Origin: Blastocatellia bacterium
Lineage (GTDB): Bacteria > Acidobacteriota > Blastocatellia > UBA7656
Direction: 5' to 3'
Assembly (NCBI GenBank): GCA_963765495.1
Contig: CAVXWP010000003.1
Span: 1-64,000, forward strand
Length of the DNA stretch: 64,000 nucleotides
Shown here: piece after piece, positions 62,821 to 64,000 of the stretch
How the letters are laid out: each line of letters starts with the position of its first letter
How positions within the stretch are numbered: the first letter of the stretch is position 1
The notes under the pieces: generated by a model
Database searches by the model: none
Told to the model about the DNA's origin: nothing
Seen by the model: only the letters and a program-made list of their open reading frames with translations
Translations under genes and position numbers: made by a program

Positions 62821-63037
62821 AACAGTTCGACGCGAGTATCCTATCGGACGAGGCTGGCCCGCCGACGGCCTCAAATTTCACAGGGGCATTTGTCGGGATG
62901 TGCTGTCAGGACTATGCTGGCACAGGGCACCCGGCGGATTTCGACTACTTTGAGTATCGCGAGCGTGAATTCTCCGCCGCGCCTGATCGCAGTTGACTGC
63001 AAGCCGATAGGCTCAATCGTTTTCAAGAGAGGACAAG

Positions 63038-64000
63038 ATGATCATTACGAAATTCTGTCGTGCAGTGGTGTTGGTATTAATGATCGCGGTCGCGCTTCTT
63101 GCGGCACAGGTGAAAACGGAGGTGCCTCAGGTGGTGCCTGGCGCAAAGCCGGTTAAGGTAGAGCGCATCAAGATTCATGGGACGGCCCTCGAAGGCAACC
63201 TTGAAGGGGATGCCGTTGACCGCGACGTACTCGTGTTTCTGCCGCCCGGTTATGACAAGGAGAAGTCCCGGCGATATCCGGTCGTCTATGCCCTGCACGG
63301 TTATTCCATCGGCGCCGAGCAGTGGAGCCAGGAAATCCACGTGCCGCAAACCATCGAGGGCGCTTTCGCACAAGGTGCGAAAGAGATGATCGTCGTGCTG
63401 CCTGATTCAAAGACCGTGCACAACGGTTCGATGTATTCGAGTTCAGTTACTACCGGGGATTTTGAGAACTTTATCGCGCGTGATGTAGTGGACTACATTG
63501 ACACGCATTACCGGACGATTGCCAACCGGCTGGCTCGCGGGCTGGTTGGCCACTCCATGGGTGGATACGGCGCGACACGCATCGGCATGAAGCATGCGGA
63601 TGTGTTTGGCAGCCTGTACATCATGAGTCCGTGCTGTTTATCTCCACGACCTGCCGGGCCGGCGAATGCAGAAATGGAGAAGACGCTGGAGGCGGTAAAG
63701 ACACCCGAAGATTCGGCCAGGTTGCCGTTCATGGCCCGTGCGCAGTTAGCTACCGGCGCTGCCTGGTCACCCAATCCGAAGAACCCACCGCTCTACCTTG
63801 ACCTGCCGTTCAAAGATGGTCAGCCACAGCCGGATGTCCTGGCCAAATGGGCGGCGAACGCACCACTGGCGTTCATTGATCAGTACATCGGCAATCTCCG
63901 CCGATATCGGGCGATCGCGATGGATGTGGGGGACAAAGATGGGTTACGTGTTGACACAGGCAAGCTGCACGATGTCCTCGATAAATATGGCATCGCTAAC
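63038..64000 (+). CDS. Secreted alpha/beta-hydrolase esterase (partial, runs off the window)
   Basis: Signal peptide, VFLPPGY..YPVVYALHG, GHSMGG nucleophile elbow; no stop in the window, so absent from the ORF track. Confidence 0.92.
   Translation, partial: MIITKFCRAVVLVLMIAVALLAAQVKTEVPQVVPGAKPVKVERIKIHGTALEGNLEGDAVDRDVLVFLPPGYDKEKSRRYPVVYALHGYSIGAEQWSQEIHVPQTIEGAFAQGAKEMIVVLPDSKTVHNGSMYSSSVTTGDFENFIARDVVDYIDTHYRTIANRLARGLVGHSMGGYGATRIGMKHADVFGSLYIMSPCCLSPRPAGPANAEMEKTLEAVKTPEDSARLPFMARAQLATGAAWSPNPKNPPLYLDLPFKDGQPQPDVLAKWAANAPLAFIDQYIGNLRRYRAIAMDVGDKDGLRVDTGKLHDVLDKYGIAN

Noticed and set aside
1-64000. CRISPR array or cas genes
   Set aside because: No regularly spaced repeat-spacer series and no Cas motifs seen.

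Overview
Accessory, mosaic 64-kb region. The gene content (acidobacterial-type VWA protein, TonB-C protein, kinase-TPR protein, DUF4136 pair) suggests an Acidobacteriota (Blastocatellia-like) genome; this is an inference. (1) 1-12208 is the right end of an integrative element bounded by a duplicated 3' half of tRNA-Thr(CGT). It carries a giant STAND-like NTPase, an rve-type IS whose transposase is split by a 99-bp MITE, an IS630 sitting in a Tc-toxin relic, two TA modules and a tyrosine integrase. (2) 12.5-48 kb is organised around four sigma-54 promoters that share an IHF-like site and a GTCA-N4-TGAC-type upstream motif. They flank an FhlA-like enhancer-binding protein and an internally deleted duplicate of it. 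The putative regulon includes envelope proteins (OMP, HtrA, DUF4410/DUF4136, VWA, TonB), an NDH-2 fused to cNMP-binding and CBS domains, a ClpB-D2-only ATPase and a TolC/RND system. A DUF2946/RAPP leader peptide precedes a ZnuD-like TonB-dependent receptor. (3) 49.8-60.2 kb is a compact xfp-ackA-glgP-pgm-glgX glycogen-to-acetate module. (4) 61.3-62.9 kb holds a second TA plus integrase relic and a HigB::GH43 deletion scar, followed by an esterase running off the window. All calls come from reading motifs by eye; no database searches were run, and single-base frameshifts may be sequencing errors.
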